Shown: piece after piece, positions 49,901 to 63,112 of the stretch
Layout of the letters: the number at the start of each line of letters is the position of its first letter
Position numbering within the stretch: position 1 is the stretch's first letter
Assembly: GCA_002269645.1 (NCBI GenBank)
Contig: NIVC01001664.1
Coordinates: forward strand, 1-64,000
Origin: Macrostomum lignano
Taxonomy: Eukaryota
Direction: 5' to 3'
DNA length: 64,000 nucleotides
Program-made: the position numbers and the translations under genes
The notes under the pieces: generated by a model
The model's input: only the letters and a program-made list of their open reading frames with translations
Databases searched by the model: none
Told to the model about the DNA's origin: nothing

Positions 49901-52900
49901 TGCCACTGTGCGTCACTCTAGTGCCCGTAAGCGTCACTCTAGTGCCAGTGTGCGTCACTGTGCGTCACTCTAGCTACATGTAAACAGATTAACTCATTTT
50001 ATTACCAAAGCCAGCTCTTTCTCTCACTTAACTCTTACCAGCTGCTCCGTAAGCTTCATCGATGGCCTTCGCAATTTACTATGGGGCGACGAGTCCGATT
50101 GGGAGCTGGGCGGGCAGCGGCAGGCCAGCTTCCGGCTTGGCGCTTGGACCGGGCCCGCTCAGTGGCGGCGCAAATGCCGCCTGACATCTATCGGCGGCGT
50201 GTTCGGACCGGCCAGGCTGCCAGCAGCAGCAGCCGCTGCAGCCGAACAGTCGCATAACAATCCGGCTGACCAGGGCGAGTCCGCTGCCGGCCCGCCGTCT
50301 GCAAAGCGGCCTCGTCGATCAACAACGGCTGCCGCGGCCGCCTTGAAGGCCCAAACCAACCGACTGTTAAGCGCCGAACGGGTCGACTGGCTCGCCAAGC
50401 TGGCTAAGCCGCAGCGGACCGACAATAAAATGAGCGACTGCGTTGTGAACGCCAATATGAATCGGGTCCTGGATTTGCCGCCACCAGCTGCGCCTCGGGC
50501 CTCGACTTTTGGCCCGGATAATTCTGTTGCTTTTGTTAAGGGCGGCCTATTGAGCCTTACTATTGATAGTCGGCACGTGGTTCGGTTTAGCGCCGCTGGT
50601 GAGTTTTAGTCATTCTTGATTGGTGGAGAGATTCGCGAGCTCTGATTGGCTGCGGGTCGCTTTACAATGTCGAAATTTTACATCATTGGAATCAAATTCA
50701 TGGGATAATGGGATCTCTAATTAGGGAATCATACCTGACTAACAGGGTCTCTAACTAGCAATTAGTACCTGACTAGCGGGGTCTCTAATTAGGGATTACT
50801 ATCTGACTAGTAGGATTTCTAATTAGGGATTAATACCTGACTAGCGAGGTCTCTAATTAGGGATTAATACCTGACTAGCGAGGTCTCTAATTAGGGATTA
50901 ATACCTGACTAGTAGGATTTCTAATCAGGGATTAATACCTGACTAGCGGCGTCTCTAATTAGGGATTACTACCTGACTAGTAGGATCTCTAATTATGGAC
51001 AGTGGGACCTCCATAATTAGGGATTTATACCTGAGTAATGGTATCTCTAATTAGATTTTATTAACTGAATAGTTTTTGACAGTGTGGAAATTTCGACGTT
51101 TTAAAATTTTGACAATTGGAAATTGAGTCGTTGGTTGTGTAGCAAGAGAGTGAAGGTTGAGGGGGGCTGTACACCGAGGCTCCTTTAAGCTGCACATTGA
51201 ATAAACGATGAACTCTCAGACGTCGGCAAGCAGACGGACACTGGCAGCGACGAAGAAGATTGTAGCGACGACTCTAACAACAACCGGCGCCCGGCTCTGC
51301 ACGACTTTGCCGGCGTTAACGAAGACGAGGACGATCATCATGGCGGCTATGAAGAATTCGACGAAGACGAGGGCGCGACGAGGTCTTTTGCCAATTTTCG
51401 CACTGCTCTCGACGCTGAAGGCGTTGGAGATAATCAGGACTACGATATGCTGAACTGCTCTGATCAGCAGCGGCTTTGGCAGCAGCAGAAGAGCGGTTTC
51501 CTAGATAATATGTCGCAGGCGCCTGGCTATCAGGTGCGTCAGGTCATGATCGACTACGCCAAGACTGCTAAGCGGATTAACGTTAAACGGCTTAAGACTA
51601 GCATGTGGCGACTGTTGGCTCAGGTATAAAATATTTGTTCAAGGCACATTGATTCTGATGCAGTCCTTGAAATTTTCCACAACATTGTTCCATTGTTGCT
51701 GAGCAGTGCACCATGACTTCAATCCTCTACACTATGATCTCCAATCCTGTACACTATGATCTCAAATCCTGTACACTATGATCTCAAATCCTGTACACTA
51801 TGATCTCCAATCCTGTACACTTATGGTCTCAAATCCTGTACACTATTATCTCAAATCCTGTAGACTATGATCTCAAATCCTGTACACTATGATCTCAAAT
51901 CCTGTGGACTATGATCTCAAATCCTGTACACTATGATAATCCTGTACATTATGATCTCAAATCCTGTACACTATGATCTCAAATCCTGTACACTATGATC
52001 TCAAATCCTGTACACTATGATAATCCTGTACATTATGATCTCAAATCCTGTACACTATGATCTCAAATCCTGTACACTTATGGTCTCAAATCCTGTACAC
52101 TATGATCTCCAATCCTGTACACTTATGGTCTCAAATCCTGTACACTATTATCTCAAATCCTGTAGACTATGGTCTCAAATCCTGTACACTATGATCTCAA
52201 ATCCTGTACACTTATGGTCTCAAATCCTGTACACTATGATCTCCAATCCTGTACACTTATGGTCTCAAATCCTGTACACTTATGATCTCAAATCCTGTAC
52301 ACTATGATCTCCAATCCTGTACACTATGATCTCAAATCCTGTACACTTATGATCTCAAATCCTGTACACTATGATCTCCAATCCTGTACACTTATGGTCT
52401 CAAATCCTGTACACTATTATCTCAAATCCTGTAGACTATGATCTCAAATCCTGTACACTATGATCTCAAATCCTGTGGACTATGATCTCAAATCCTGTAC
52501 ACTATGATAATCCTGTACATTATGATCTCAAATCCTGTACACTATGATCTCAAATCCTGTACACTATGATCTCAAATCCTGTACACTTATGATCTCAAAT
52601 CCTGTACACTATGATCTCCAATCCTGTACACTATGATCTCAAATCCTGTACACTATGATGTCAAATCCTGTACATTATGATCTCAAATCCTGTACACTAT
52701 GATCTCAAATCCTGTACACTATGATCTCAAATCGTGTACACTATGATCTCAACTCCTGTACACTATGATGTCAAATCCTGTACACTATGATCTCAAATCC
52801 TGTACACTATGATGTCTAATCCTGTACACTATGATCTCAAATCCTGTACACTATGATCACAACTCCTGTACACTATGATCTCAAATCCTGTACACTATGA

Positions 52901-53747
52901 TCTCAAATCCTGTGACTATGATCTCAAATCCTGTACACTATGATGTCAAATCCTGTACATCATAATCACAATCCTGTACAGCATGATCTCAATCTTGTAC
53001 ACCATGACCTCAATCCTGTCCAATCAGCATGACCCAATTCCTGTGGCGCTATCTTCTACAACACACCTTTAAAATCAGTAAAACCTTTAAAATGCTGCCC
53101 AATACTGAGTGCAACCGCCTGTCATTTCCAACTGTTTGCGCTCTCTCACTAAATCCAGCCGGACGGCATAGGAGTGGAGAATCAGCAGCAGCCCGCCAGC
53201 AGCAGTCAGGAAAGCGCCGCTGCCGCGGACGCCGAGGATCAATGGATGCCCGACTCGCCGGCTTCGTTTGCCAGCATGCTGGAGCTGCTGCCTCGTCAAC
53301 TTGGCAGCGCTGCCGCTGTGGAGGATCTGTCCGTGTCTATAGTGTTCACCTGCCTGCTGTACCTGGCAAATGAGAAGGTGAGGACCAGAGAAATCCATCT
53401 TTCTTTCATAGCTTATCGATAATTTCGATGGTTAAATGCGATGATAGCCTACTATCAGTAGCGTACTGAGGCCTGATTTTTCTTATCTCCCCGTGATCAC
53501 CTTGCAGAAACTGGATCTATCTTCATCGGCTAGTCTAGCTGATATCATCGTGAGTCCAAAAGCTCCCGACGATCCGGAACTGCTGGCCGCGCAGGGGCTG
53601 AAACTGCTGACAGCCAAGAAAAGCAAGACAAAGATGAAGAAACTAAAGAAGCCCGCTCGCAGTGGTCAGGGTGAAAAGCGCCAATACACCCTGAACGAAA
53701 TCTGGGGATCCAGCGATGAAGATGATGAGGCAGATGAAGTTGTCTGA
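46982..53747 (+). CDS. NCAPH: Condensin I kleisin subunit H (barren/Cnd2); first coding exon not identified
   Basis: Exons 46982-47124, 47418-47478, 47531-47849, 48112-48799, 50042-50598, 51220-51623, 53159-53377 and 53508-53747 join in frame via GT-AG introns. Motifs [82 protein letters not shown] and LSVSIVFTCLLYLANEK. Confidence 0.93.
47142..47330. repeat. Intronic minisatellite, 37-bp unit (GGCTGTACAATGGCCCTGCTGATATCTAGATTGTACA)
   Basis: ~5 copies in an NCAPH intron. Confidence 0.9.
48855..49965. repeat. Intronic minisatellite, 21-bp unit (GTGTGCGTCACTTT[A/C]TTACCA) with a 301-bp higher-order duplication
   Basis: Tandem copies; the block at ~49466-49766 recurs at 49767. Confidence 0.96.
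50715..51055. repeat. Intronic minisatellite, ~34-bp unit (AATTAGGGATTAATACCTGACTAGCGAGGTCTCT)
   Basis: ~9 degenerate copies. Confidence 0.88.
51712..53035. repeat. Intronic minisatellite, 22-bp unit (TACACTATGATCTCAAATCCTG)
   Basis: ~58 copies in an NCAPH intron. Confidence 0.96.
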
Positions 53748-54214
53748 TTTAAAAAATAATTAACATTCCAATTTTTAGACTAAAGGAAAGAAAGCTGATT
53801 AGTTTAAGCAAAAGGTGCAGCAAAACATTTCTTTAGAATTAGAATCCAACCTTGGTCGATTTAGCATCTGCGTTTTTATCTGTTTAGGTGCTCAAATTTC
53901 GAAGAGCCTACTGCTAGTAGCTCTTTTTGTCAAACTTATTTTCAAAAAATGTTCCAATTTTGTTCTCAAGATCTTTGTGTGCCTATTATTTTTCAAATTT
54001 AAATGCTTCTTTGCAATTTGATTCACATTGTAGTGCACGCCAATTACAAATAGGCTTTGCAATTGTTTTTTTTGTTTGTGCAGTCTAGCACTGTCTATTA
54101 TTCTATTTGTAATGTGACTGTTGATCACATTGTACCCATTTTTGTTCACCTTTCAGGTGTGAGAGACAGATCGGAGTGCCAGTGCAATAGTGTTAGTGCG
54201 AAGTGTCAATATGG

Positions 54215-54835
54215 CAGCCAATCACAGTGCATCTAGGATAGAGATAAGAGTCACAGTGTTATCAGTAAAGTGCGGCAGCCAATCACAGTGCATCTAGGAT
54301 AGAGATAAGAGTCACAGTGTTATCAGTAAAGTGCGGCAGCCAATCGCAGTGCATCTAAAAGAGAGATAAGAGTCAGTGTTATCAGTAAAGTGCGGCAGCC
54401 AATCACAGTGCATCTAGGATAGAGATAAGAGTCACAGTGTTATCAGTAAAGTGCGGCAGCCAATCACAGTGCATCTAGGATAGAGATAAGAATCACAGTG
54501 TTATCAGTAAAGTGCGGCAGCCAATCGCAGTGCATCTAAAAGAGAGATAAGAGTCACAGTGTTATCAGTAAAGTGCGGCAGCCAATCACAGTGCATCTAG
54601 GATAGAGATAAGAGTCACAGTGTTATCAGTAAAGTGCGGCAGCCAATCGCAGTGCATCTTAAAGAGAGAAGAGTCACAGTGTTATCAGTAAAGTGCGGCA
54701 GGCAATCGCAGTGCATCTTAAAGAGAGAAGAGTCACAGTGTTATCAGTAAAGTGCGGCAGCCAATCAAAGTGCATCTAAGGAGAGAGATAGGAGTCACAG
54801 TGTTATCAGTAAAGCGCGGCAGCCAATCACAATGC
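54215..54835. repeat. Minisatellite, ~61-bp unit (GTCACAGTGTTATCAGTAAAGTGCGGCAGCCAATCACAGTGCATCTAGGATAGAGATAAGA)
   Basis: ~10 copies. Confidence 0.95.
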
Positions 54836-55394
54836 TGCTAAAGCGATAAAACAAAGGTCCTCGTGTACTTTCCGAGCTTTATTTTCATTCTTTTGCAAGA
54901 TCGGAAAACATTTGTAGCATTTGTTTATTTTTTGCAAAAACATATCCTAAAGCGCACCTTATTTGTTTTCTATTGTTCTTTATTATCACTTGCTTTTCTA
55001 AGCAGTTTCGTCCAAGTTGAACATCAATTGCAATTCCCGCAAAGCATAAGCAAGTCTGCATTAATATTAGCCAGTAAAAATCTCACAGTAAATTGGTGCT
55101 GTATTTTTCCAGATATTCAGTTTTTTAGTTTTGCTGTTTAAAAGAAAGCATTTTTATTTGGTTTTTCTTGCAAAAGAATGGCTTGCCAAAATACAAGCAG
55201 CTTGCTCAACTGCTTCTCGCAGCTTTTTACGCTGTTCTGAATTTCAGAAGTACTATTTGTACTTTAATTGCCAGTACAACTACAATAGAAATATAGAATT
55301 TGTAAGCATTGGTATCCCCTGTGAAACTCTTACTTCGGAGGCTAATGAGATCTCTGCACATTGTGGTACGCTTTTCTCTCAGAAATCTCCCCTC

Positions 55395-58300
55395 GTGAGA
55401 TTCCACTCACGATCTACACCCATGAGATTCCACCCACAATCTCCACCCATGAGATTCTACTTAAAATCTCCACCCATGAGATTCTACTTAAAATCTCCAC
55501 CCATGAGATTCCACTTACAATCTCCACCTATGAGATTCCACCCACAATCTCCACCCATGAGATTCCACTTACAATCTCCACCCATGAGATTCCACTTACA
55601 ATCTCCACCCATGAGATTCCACCCACAATCTCCACCCATGAGATCCATGAGATTCCACCCACAATCTCCACCCATGAGATCCATGAGATTCCACCCACAA
55701 TCTCCACCCATGAGATCCATGAGATTCCACCCACAATCTCCACCCATGAGATTCCACTTACAATCTCCACCCATGAGATTCCACCCACAATCTCCACCCA
55801 TGAGATTCCACCCACAAATTTCCATCCATGAGATTCCACAAACAAATTTACATCCATAAGATTCCACCCACAAATTTCAGCCCATAAGATTCCACCCACA
55901 AATCTCAGTCCATGAGATTCCACCCACAATCTCCACCTATGAGATTCCACTCACAAATTTCCATCCATAAGATTCCACCCACAAATTTTCATCCATGAGA
56001 TTCCACCCACAAATTTCCATCCATAAGATTCCACCCACAAATTTCCATCCATAAGATTCCACCCACAAATTTCAGCCCATGAGATTCCACCCACAAATCT
56101 CAGCCCATGAGATTCCACCCACAATCTCCACCTATGAGATTCCACTCACAAATTTCCATCCATGAGATTCCAGCCACAAATTTCCATCCATGAGATTCCA
56201 CCCACAATCTCCACCTATGAGATTCCACCCACAATTTCAGCCCATGAGATTCCACCCACAATCTCCACCTATGAGATTCCACCCACAAATTTCCATCCAT
56301 GAGATTCCACCCACAAATTTCCATCCATAAGATTCCACCCACAAATTTCCATCCATAAGATTCCACCCACAAATTTCAGCCCATGAGATTCCACCCACAA
56401 TCTCCACCTATGAGATTCCAACCACAAATTTCCATCCATGAGATTCCACCCACAAATTTCCATCCATAAGATTCCACCCACAAATTTCCATCCATAAGAT
56501 TCCACCCACAAATTTCAGCCCATGAGATTCCACCCACAATCTCCACCTATGAGATTCCACCCACAATTTCAGCCCATGAGATTCCACCCACAATCTCCAC
56601 CTATGAGATTCCACCAACAAATTTCCATCCATAAGATTCCACCCACAAATTTCAGCCCATGAGATTCCACCAACAAATTTCCATCCATAAGATTCCACTC
56701 ACAGATTTCCATCCATGAGATTCCACCCACAAATCTCAGCCCATGAGATTCCACCCACAATCTCCACCTATGAGATTCCACCCACAAATTTCCATCTATA
56801 AGATTCCAACCACAAATTTTAGCCCCTGAGATTCCACCCACAAATCTCAGCCCATGAGATTCCACCCACAATCTCCACCTATGAGATTCCACCAACAAAT
56901 TTCAGCCCATGAGATTCCACCCACAAATCTCAGCCCATGAGATTCCATCTACAATCTCCACCTATGAGATTCCACCAACAAATTTCAGCCCATGAGATTC
57001 CACCCACAAATCTCAGCCCATGAGATTCCACCCACAATCTCCACCTATGAGATTCCACTCAAATTTCCATCCATGAGATTCCACCCACAAATCTCAGTCC
57101 ATGAGATTCCACCCACAATCTCCACCTATGAGATTCCAACCACAAATTTCCATCCATAAGATTCCACCCACAAATTTTAGCCCCTGAGATTCCACCCACA
57201 ATCTCCACCTATGAGATTCCACCAACAAATTTCAGCCTTATGAGATTCCACCCACAAATCTCAGCCCATGAGATTCCATCTACAATCTCCACCTATGAGA
57301 TTCCACCAACAAATTTCAGCCCATGAGATTCCACCAACAAATTTCAGCCCATGAGATTCCACCCACAAATCTCAGCCCATGAGATTCCACCCACAATTTC
57401 CACCTATGAGATTCCACTCAAATTTCCATCCATGAGATTCCACCCACAAATCTCAGTCCATGAGATTCCACCCACAATCTCCACCTATGAGATTCCAACC
57501 ACAAATTTCCATCCATGAGATTCCACCCACAAATTTCCATCCATAAGATTCCACCCACAAATTTCCATCCATAAGATTCCACCCACAAATTTCAGCCCAT
57601 GAGATTCCACCCACAATCTCCACCTATGAGATTCCACCCACAATTTCAGCCCATGAGATTCCACCCACAATCTCCACCTATGAGATTCCACCAACAAATT
57701 TCCATCCATAAGATTCCACCCACAAATTTCAGCCCATGAGATTCCACCAACAAATTTCCATCCATAAGATTCCACTCACAGATTTCCATCCATGAGATTC
57801 CACCCACAAATCTCAGCCCATGAGATTCCACCCACAATCTCCACCTATGAGATTCCACCCACAAATTTCCATCTATAAGATTCCAACCACAAATTTTAGC
57901 CCCTGAGATTCCACCCACAAATCTCAGCCCATGAGATTCCACCCACAATCTCCACCTATGAGATTCCACCAACAAATTTCAGCCCATGAGATTCCACCCA
58001 CAAATCTCAGCCCATGAGATTCCATCTACAATCTCCACCTATGAGATTCCACCAACAAATTTCAGCCCATGAGATTCCACCCACAAATCTCAGCCCATGA
58101 GATTCCACCCACAATCTCCACCTATGAGATTCCACTCAAATTTCCATCCATGAGATTCCACCCACAAATCTCAGTCCATGAGATTCCACCCACAATCTCC
58201 ACCTATGAGATTCCAACCACAAATTTCCATCCATAAGATTCCACCCACAAATTTTAGCCCCTGAGATTCCACCCACAATCTCCACCTATGAGATTCCACC

Positions 58301-58700
58301 AACAAATTTCAGCCTTATGAGATTCCACCCACAAATCTCAGCCCATGAGATTCCATCTACAATCTCCACCTATGAGATTCCACCAACAAATTTCAGCCCA
58401 TGAGATTCCACCAACAAATTTCAGCCCATGAGATTCCACCCACAAATCTCAGCCCATGAGATTCCACCCACAATTTCCACCTATGAGATTCCACTCAAAT
58501 TTCCATCCATGAGATTCCACCCACAAATCTCAGTCCATGAGATTCCACCCACAATCTCCACCTATGAGATTCCAACCACAAATTTCCATCCATAAGATTC
58601 CACCCACAAATTTTAGCCCCTGAGATTCCACCCACAAATCTCAGCCCATGAGAATCCACCCACAATCTCCACCCATGAGATTCCAATCACAAATTTTCCA
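55395..58700. repeat. Composite minisatellite (ATGAGATTCCACCCACAA core) with 1077-bp higher-order repeat
   Basis: Identical ORFs recur at an offset of 1077 (56408/57485; 56569/57646); sub-period ~359 bp. Confidence 0.96.
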
Positions 58701-58823
58701 TCCATTATATTCCACTGTTTTTATGAGGTTTTATGCATTTTTTTCTAATTTACTTCAATTTTGCATCCAATTTTTTCATTATTACTACTTAACTACTTGC
58801 AGCGGCAGTAGTACAGCTGCGAC

Positions 58824-59158
58824 ATGGATCGGTTTCGGGCTTCGCTAACAGCCGGGGAGTTGCATTATTTGTCTAGCAGCAACACTAAGCCCTATCGGCT
58901 ATTTAAGCAGGACAGATCTCCGGTTATCGCTGCGGCTGTTAAAGGCAAAGCTTTCGATCGGAAGCTCAAGTCTGAGTGGGCCGCGCTGGACTTGTCGTCT
59001 AAGCTATACTACTGCCAGCGTGCCGACTGCTTTCCCGACAAGAGGAAGCTGGACTTCATCCGCCAGTGCAGGTTTCATGCGGCGTCTTCGTCAACTAGCG
59101 AAAACTACGATTTGGACGTCGAGCGGAAGCCTTGTGGGGTGAGTCACCGGAGCTATAG

Positions 59159-59190
<32 letters not shown>

Positions 59191-61620
59191 CTCACTGGCA
59201 CCATAGTTTCCCATATTCATATTGGGCAGAAACACTTTGATTCTCAACTACACTCTCAGATCCTCAGCCACACTCTCAGATCCTCAGTAGCACTCTCAGA
59301 TCCTCAGCAATACTCTCAGATCCTCAGCAACACTCTCAGATCCTCAGTAGCACTCTCAGATCCTCAGCAATACTCTCAGATCCTCAGCAACACTCTCAGA
59401 TCCTCAGCAACAATCTCAGATCCTCAGCAACAATCTCAGATCCTCAGCAATACTCTCAGATCCTCAGCAACACTCTCAGATCCTCAGCAACAATCTCAGA
59501 TCCTCAGCAATACTCTCAGATCCTCAGCAACACTCTCAGATCCTCAGCAACAATCTCAGATCCTCAGCAACACTCTCAGATCCTCAGCAACAATCTCAGA
59601 TCCTCAGCAACAATCTCAGATCCTCAGCAACAATCCCAGATCCTCAGCAACACTCTCAGATCCTCAGCCACACTCTCAGATCCTCAGCAACACTCTCAGA
59701 TCCTCAGCAACACTCTCAGATCCTCAGCAACAATCTCAGATCCTCAGCAACACTCTCAGATCCTCAGCAACAATCTCAGATCCTCAGCAACAATCTCAGA
59801 TCCTCAGCAACAATCTCAGATCCTCAGCAACAATCTCAGATCCTCAGCAACAATCTCAGATCCTCAGCAACAATCTCAGATCCTCAGCAACACTCTCAGT
59901 TCCCCAGCAACACTCTCAGATCCTCAACCACATTCTCAGATCCTCAGCAACAATCTCAGATCCTCAGCAACACTCTCAGATCCTCAGCAACACTCTCAGA
60001 TCCTCAACCACACACACTCTCAGATCCTCAACCACACACACTCTCAGATCCTCAGCAACAATCTCAGATCCTCAGCAACACTCTCAGATCCTCAACCACA
60101 CACACTCTCAGATCCTCAACCACACACACTCTCAGATCCTCAGCAACACTCAGATCCTCAGGCTGAACCGTACCTCTAAAATGTCAAAGTTAATGTCCAT
60201 TAAAATATCCCAGCCGCTAGCCCCTATCAATGAGCAACCCTATCCAACTCCTCATTGGCAAACAAAGACACCAAAAGCAGCTCCGGGCAAAGCTGCATCG
60301 TCTGCTTCAACATCGGCTTCAGCTTCTTCCGCTGCTGCAACTGCCGCTAGCGGCATCGGGCGCTACCAGCCGATCCGGCCGCGCCTGCTGCCGCCATTCC
60401 AGTCGCTTCTGTCTCGCCGAGTCGCTTCAGACCCGGCCGGCAGCAGCTCGGTTGACGACTCCGTACAGCTGATTGGCATCGAGTATCCGCCTGCGGCTAA
60501 GCGGCCCCGAGTTGCCGCTAGTAGCACCGTCCGGCCGCCGCCACTATTGCCAGCGTCCTCAGCCACATCAACGCCATCGTCGGCCAATTCAACTGCCGCG
60601 TTTCAATTTCCGCTGCCGCCTCAGCAGCAGCAACAGCAGCAGCAGCCTATCGCGCTATCTTTGCCAGTTCCTCACTACTGCGCCTATAATAGTCATCCTG
60701 GCTTCAATAATAATTGTTCGCTTCAAATTTCTCCGCCCTCAATACAGCCGCCGCCGCCGCAATTTCAACAACCCCGATATCAGCAGCAGCAGCAGCAATC
60801 TGTTTACAATTCTTACTGGCAATTTTATTATTCGGCCTATTGCGCCAATCAGCAGCAGCAGCAGCAGCTACCGCAGCAGTCGATGCCGAGTTATTACGAT
60901 CAGGCGCGTTACTACCAGCATCCTTATCAGCAGCAGCATCGGCCAGTCGCCTATACCGCCTATACTGCACCCAGCCCTGCTGGCTACTATGGAAGACGCG
61001 ATGTCGCCTCCCAGTTTCCATCGGCTACGCCTCCGCCGCCACCGTCTCTTCCTCAGCCCCCGGCTCAGGCCTCGATGACGTCATCGGCTTTCTACTCGTA
61101 TTCTCCAGACGCTTATCTCTTTAGTAGCGACTGCGGCCTGGACGAGCAGTTTCAGAGGCAGTTTTTGTCGGATTCGCCATCGACGCTAATGCAGTACCAT
61201 CAGCAGCAGCAGCAGCAGAAGCCAGCTTGCTTTTGCCAGCAACAGCATCAACAGCAGCAATCGCGAGAACAACAAGATTCTAGCAGATTCTCCAGCGCCG
61301 ACAGTAGCGGATTGTCCGACAACTATTATTATAATTACGGTTCTTATTATGGCAATGACGGCGGCCGCTCGCCCAACACTCAGCTGCTCAATAACAACAA
61401 CAACAACGACAACAACAACAACAATAACAACAACAGCAGCAACGATTGCCGACTATCCACACCGGAGTGCCCCGTGCCAACCGAATTGCGTGATTTCGAA
61501 TTTGAAGACGATGACGAGGATGATGAAGAGGAGAGCCTGGAGACTGACCCCAGCAACGGACCAGCTGTGGTTAGCGAAAGCGCCTACGTTAAAGCTGAAG
61601 ATACAAAGCCGTTTGATTGA
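58824..61620 (+). CDS. Orphan HMG-box-like protein with Q/P/S/Y-rich C-terminus and acidic tail (~573 aa)
   Basis: Exon 58824-59138 (in-frame TAG upstream of the ATG; KPYRLFKQDRSPVI...DRKLKSEWAALDLSSKLYYCQRA resembles an HMG box; GTGAGT donor) plus exon 60214-61620 (CAG acceptor, phase 0). Confidence 0.65.
59160..60160. repeat. (GT)n plus 20-bp minisatellite (CTCAGATCCTCAGCAACA[C/A]T) in the HMG-gene intron
   Basis: (GT)n at 59160-59188; ~45 tandem 20-mers at 59245-60160; explains the N-terminal third of the 819-aa ORF. Confidence 0.95.
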
Positions 61621-62277
61621 AAGTAATCGGAGTTTTTTTAGATTGCTTTCAGGCATTTTCGCCGGCTTGATTTTTTGTAGAACATTTTGTACTTTTTAAT
61701 ATAGCGACCAAAAAACATTTATTTTCTATATACGGTGCTAACCATTGCGTCCGCGTTTTTTTGTTGTTGTTTTTGTTTTGTTTTCGCGTTTTCTCTGTAG
61801 TATTTTGAGCTGTTTGAACGATTTCTTTCAAGTCCGAGTGATCATAAGAAAGCAGGATTAACCTACAGCTCACGCCAGCATTTAGTGAAAAATTAAATAA
61901 TGCTTTTTTGTCCTCTGTTTACTTTTTGTGCCTACTGTTCTCTGTGTCTGATTATGCTACAGTGTGTTTAAATTGGATTTTTACCAGACCTCGCCAACCT
62001 GATTATTCAATCATAGACTGACGCGCCTTGCACTCTGGTTTGTACACTTAGCATTGCATGAGTGCGTTTGCATTTGACTCTGTCAGAATAGGTACTTGCT
62101 TTTCAGTTTTTTTTCAACTCTTTATATAATCTCTGTCACTCTTGCTGCTCCTGCTGGAGCTTTTCACCGAAATATATAAGTGCACAATTTTGTTCAATTA
62201 ATACTGTCTGTTGTGGCGGCTGATGTTGTCTTCATCAGTTTTTGTATATGGATTATGTGAAATTATCTGTCTTTCTG

Positions 62278-63050
62278 CTCCCCTCAGTGTCCTTGAATGT
62301 GCCTCTCCGCTCCCCTTAGTGTTCTTGAATGTGGCTCTCCGCTCCCCTTAGTGTCCTTGAATGTGGCTCTTCGCTCACCTCAGTGTCCTTGAATGTGCCT
62401 CTCCGTTCCCCTCAGTGTCCTTAAATGTGGCTCTCCGCTCCCCTTAGTGTCCTTGAATGTGGCTCTTCGCTCCCCTCAGTGTCCTTGAATGTGCCTCTCC
62501 GCTCCCCTCAGTGTCCTTGAATGTGCCTCTCCGCTCCCCTCAGTGTCCTTGAATTGCCTCTCCGCTCCCCTCAGTGTCCTTGAATTGCCTCTCCGCTCCC
62601 CTCAGTGTCCTTGAATGTGCCTCTCCGCTCCCCTCAGTGTCCTTGAATGTGCCTCTCCGCTCCCCTCAGTGTCCTTGAATCTGCCTCTCCGCTCCCCTCA
62701 GTGTCCTTGACCCTGCCTCTCCGCTCCCCTCAGTGTCCTTGAATTGCCTCTCCGCTCCCCTAGCTCAGTGTCCTTGAATGTGCCTCTCCGCTCCCCTCAG
62801 TGTCCTTGAATCTGCCTCTCCGCTCCCCTCAGTGTCCTTGACCCTGCCTCTCCGCTCCCCTCAGTGTCCTTGAATCTGCCTCTCCGCTCCCCTCAGTGTC
62901 CTTGACCCTGCCTCTCCGCTCCCCTCAGTGTCCTTGAATCTGCCTCTCCGCTCTCCTCAGTGTCCTTGACCCTGCCTCTCCGCTCCCCTCAGTGTCCTTG
63001 AATCTGCCTCTCTGCTCCATCTTTCAGTCCCTAAATCTGCCTCTTTGCCC
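62278..63050. repeat. Minisatellite, 32-bp unit (GTGTCCTTGAATGTGCCTCTCCGCTCCCCTCA), upstream block
   Basis: ~23 copies. Confidence 0.96.
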
Positions 63051-63112
63051 CTCAATTAACCAGTGAAGCAGTCAGTTTCAACGTAAAATTGAAAAACAAA
63101 AGCCAACAATTT

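Noticed and set aside
48818-49983. VCVTLLP / KVTHTGN / SVRHFIT repeat ORFs
   Set aside because: 21-bp minisatellite lying within an NCAPH intron defined by in-frame flanking exons.
50715-51055. TTAGGG motifs as an interstitial telomere
   Set aside because: One TTAGGG per 34-bp unit, not tandem telomeric repeats.
55131-58848. MRFHPQSPP / WVESHG repeat ORFs
   Set aside because: Satellite-derived frames on both strands with no unique domain.
59161-60213. N-terminal part of the 819-aa ORF
   Set aside because: (GT)n and 20-bp repeat inside the intron bounded by GTGAGT (59139) and CAG (60213); only 60214 onward is considered coding.
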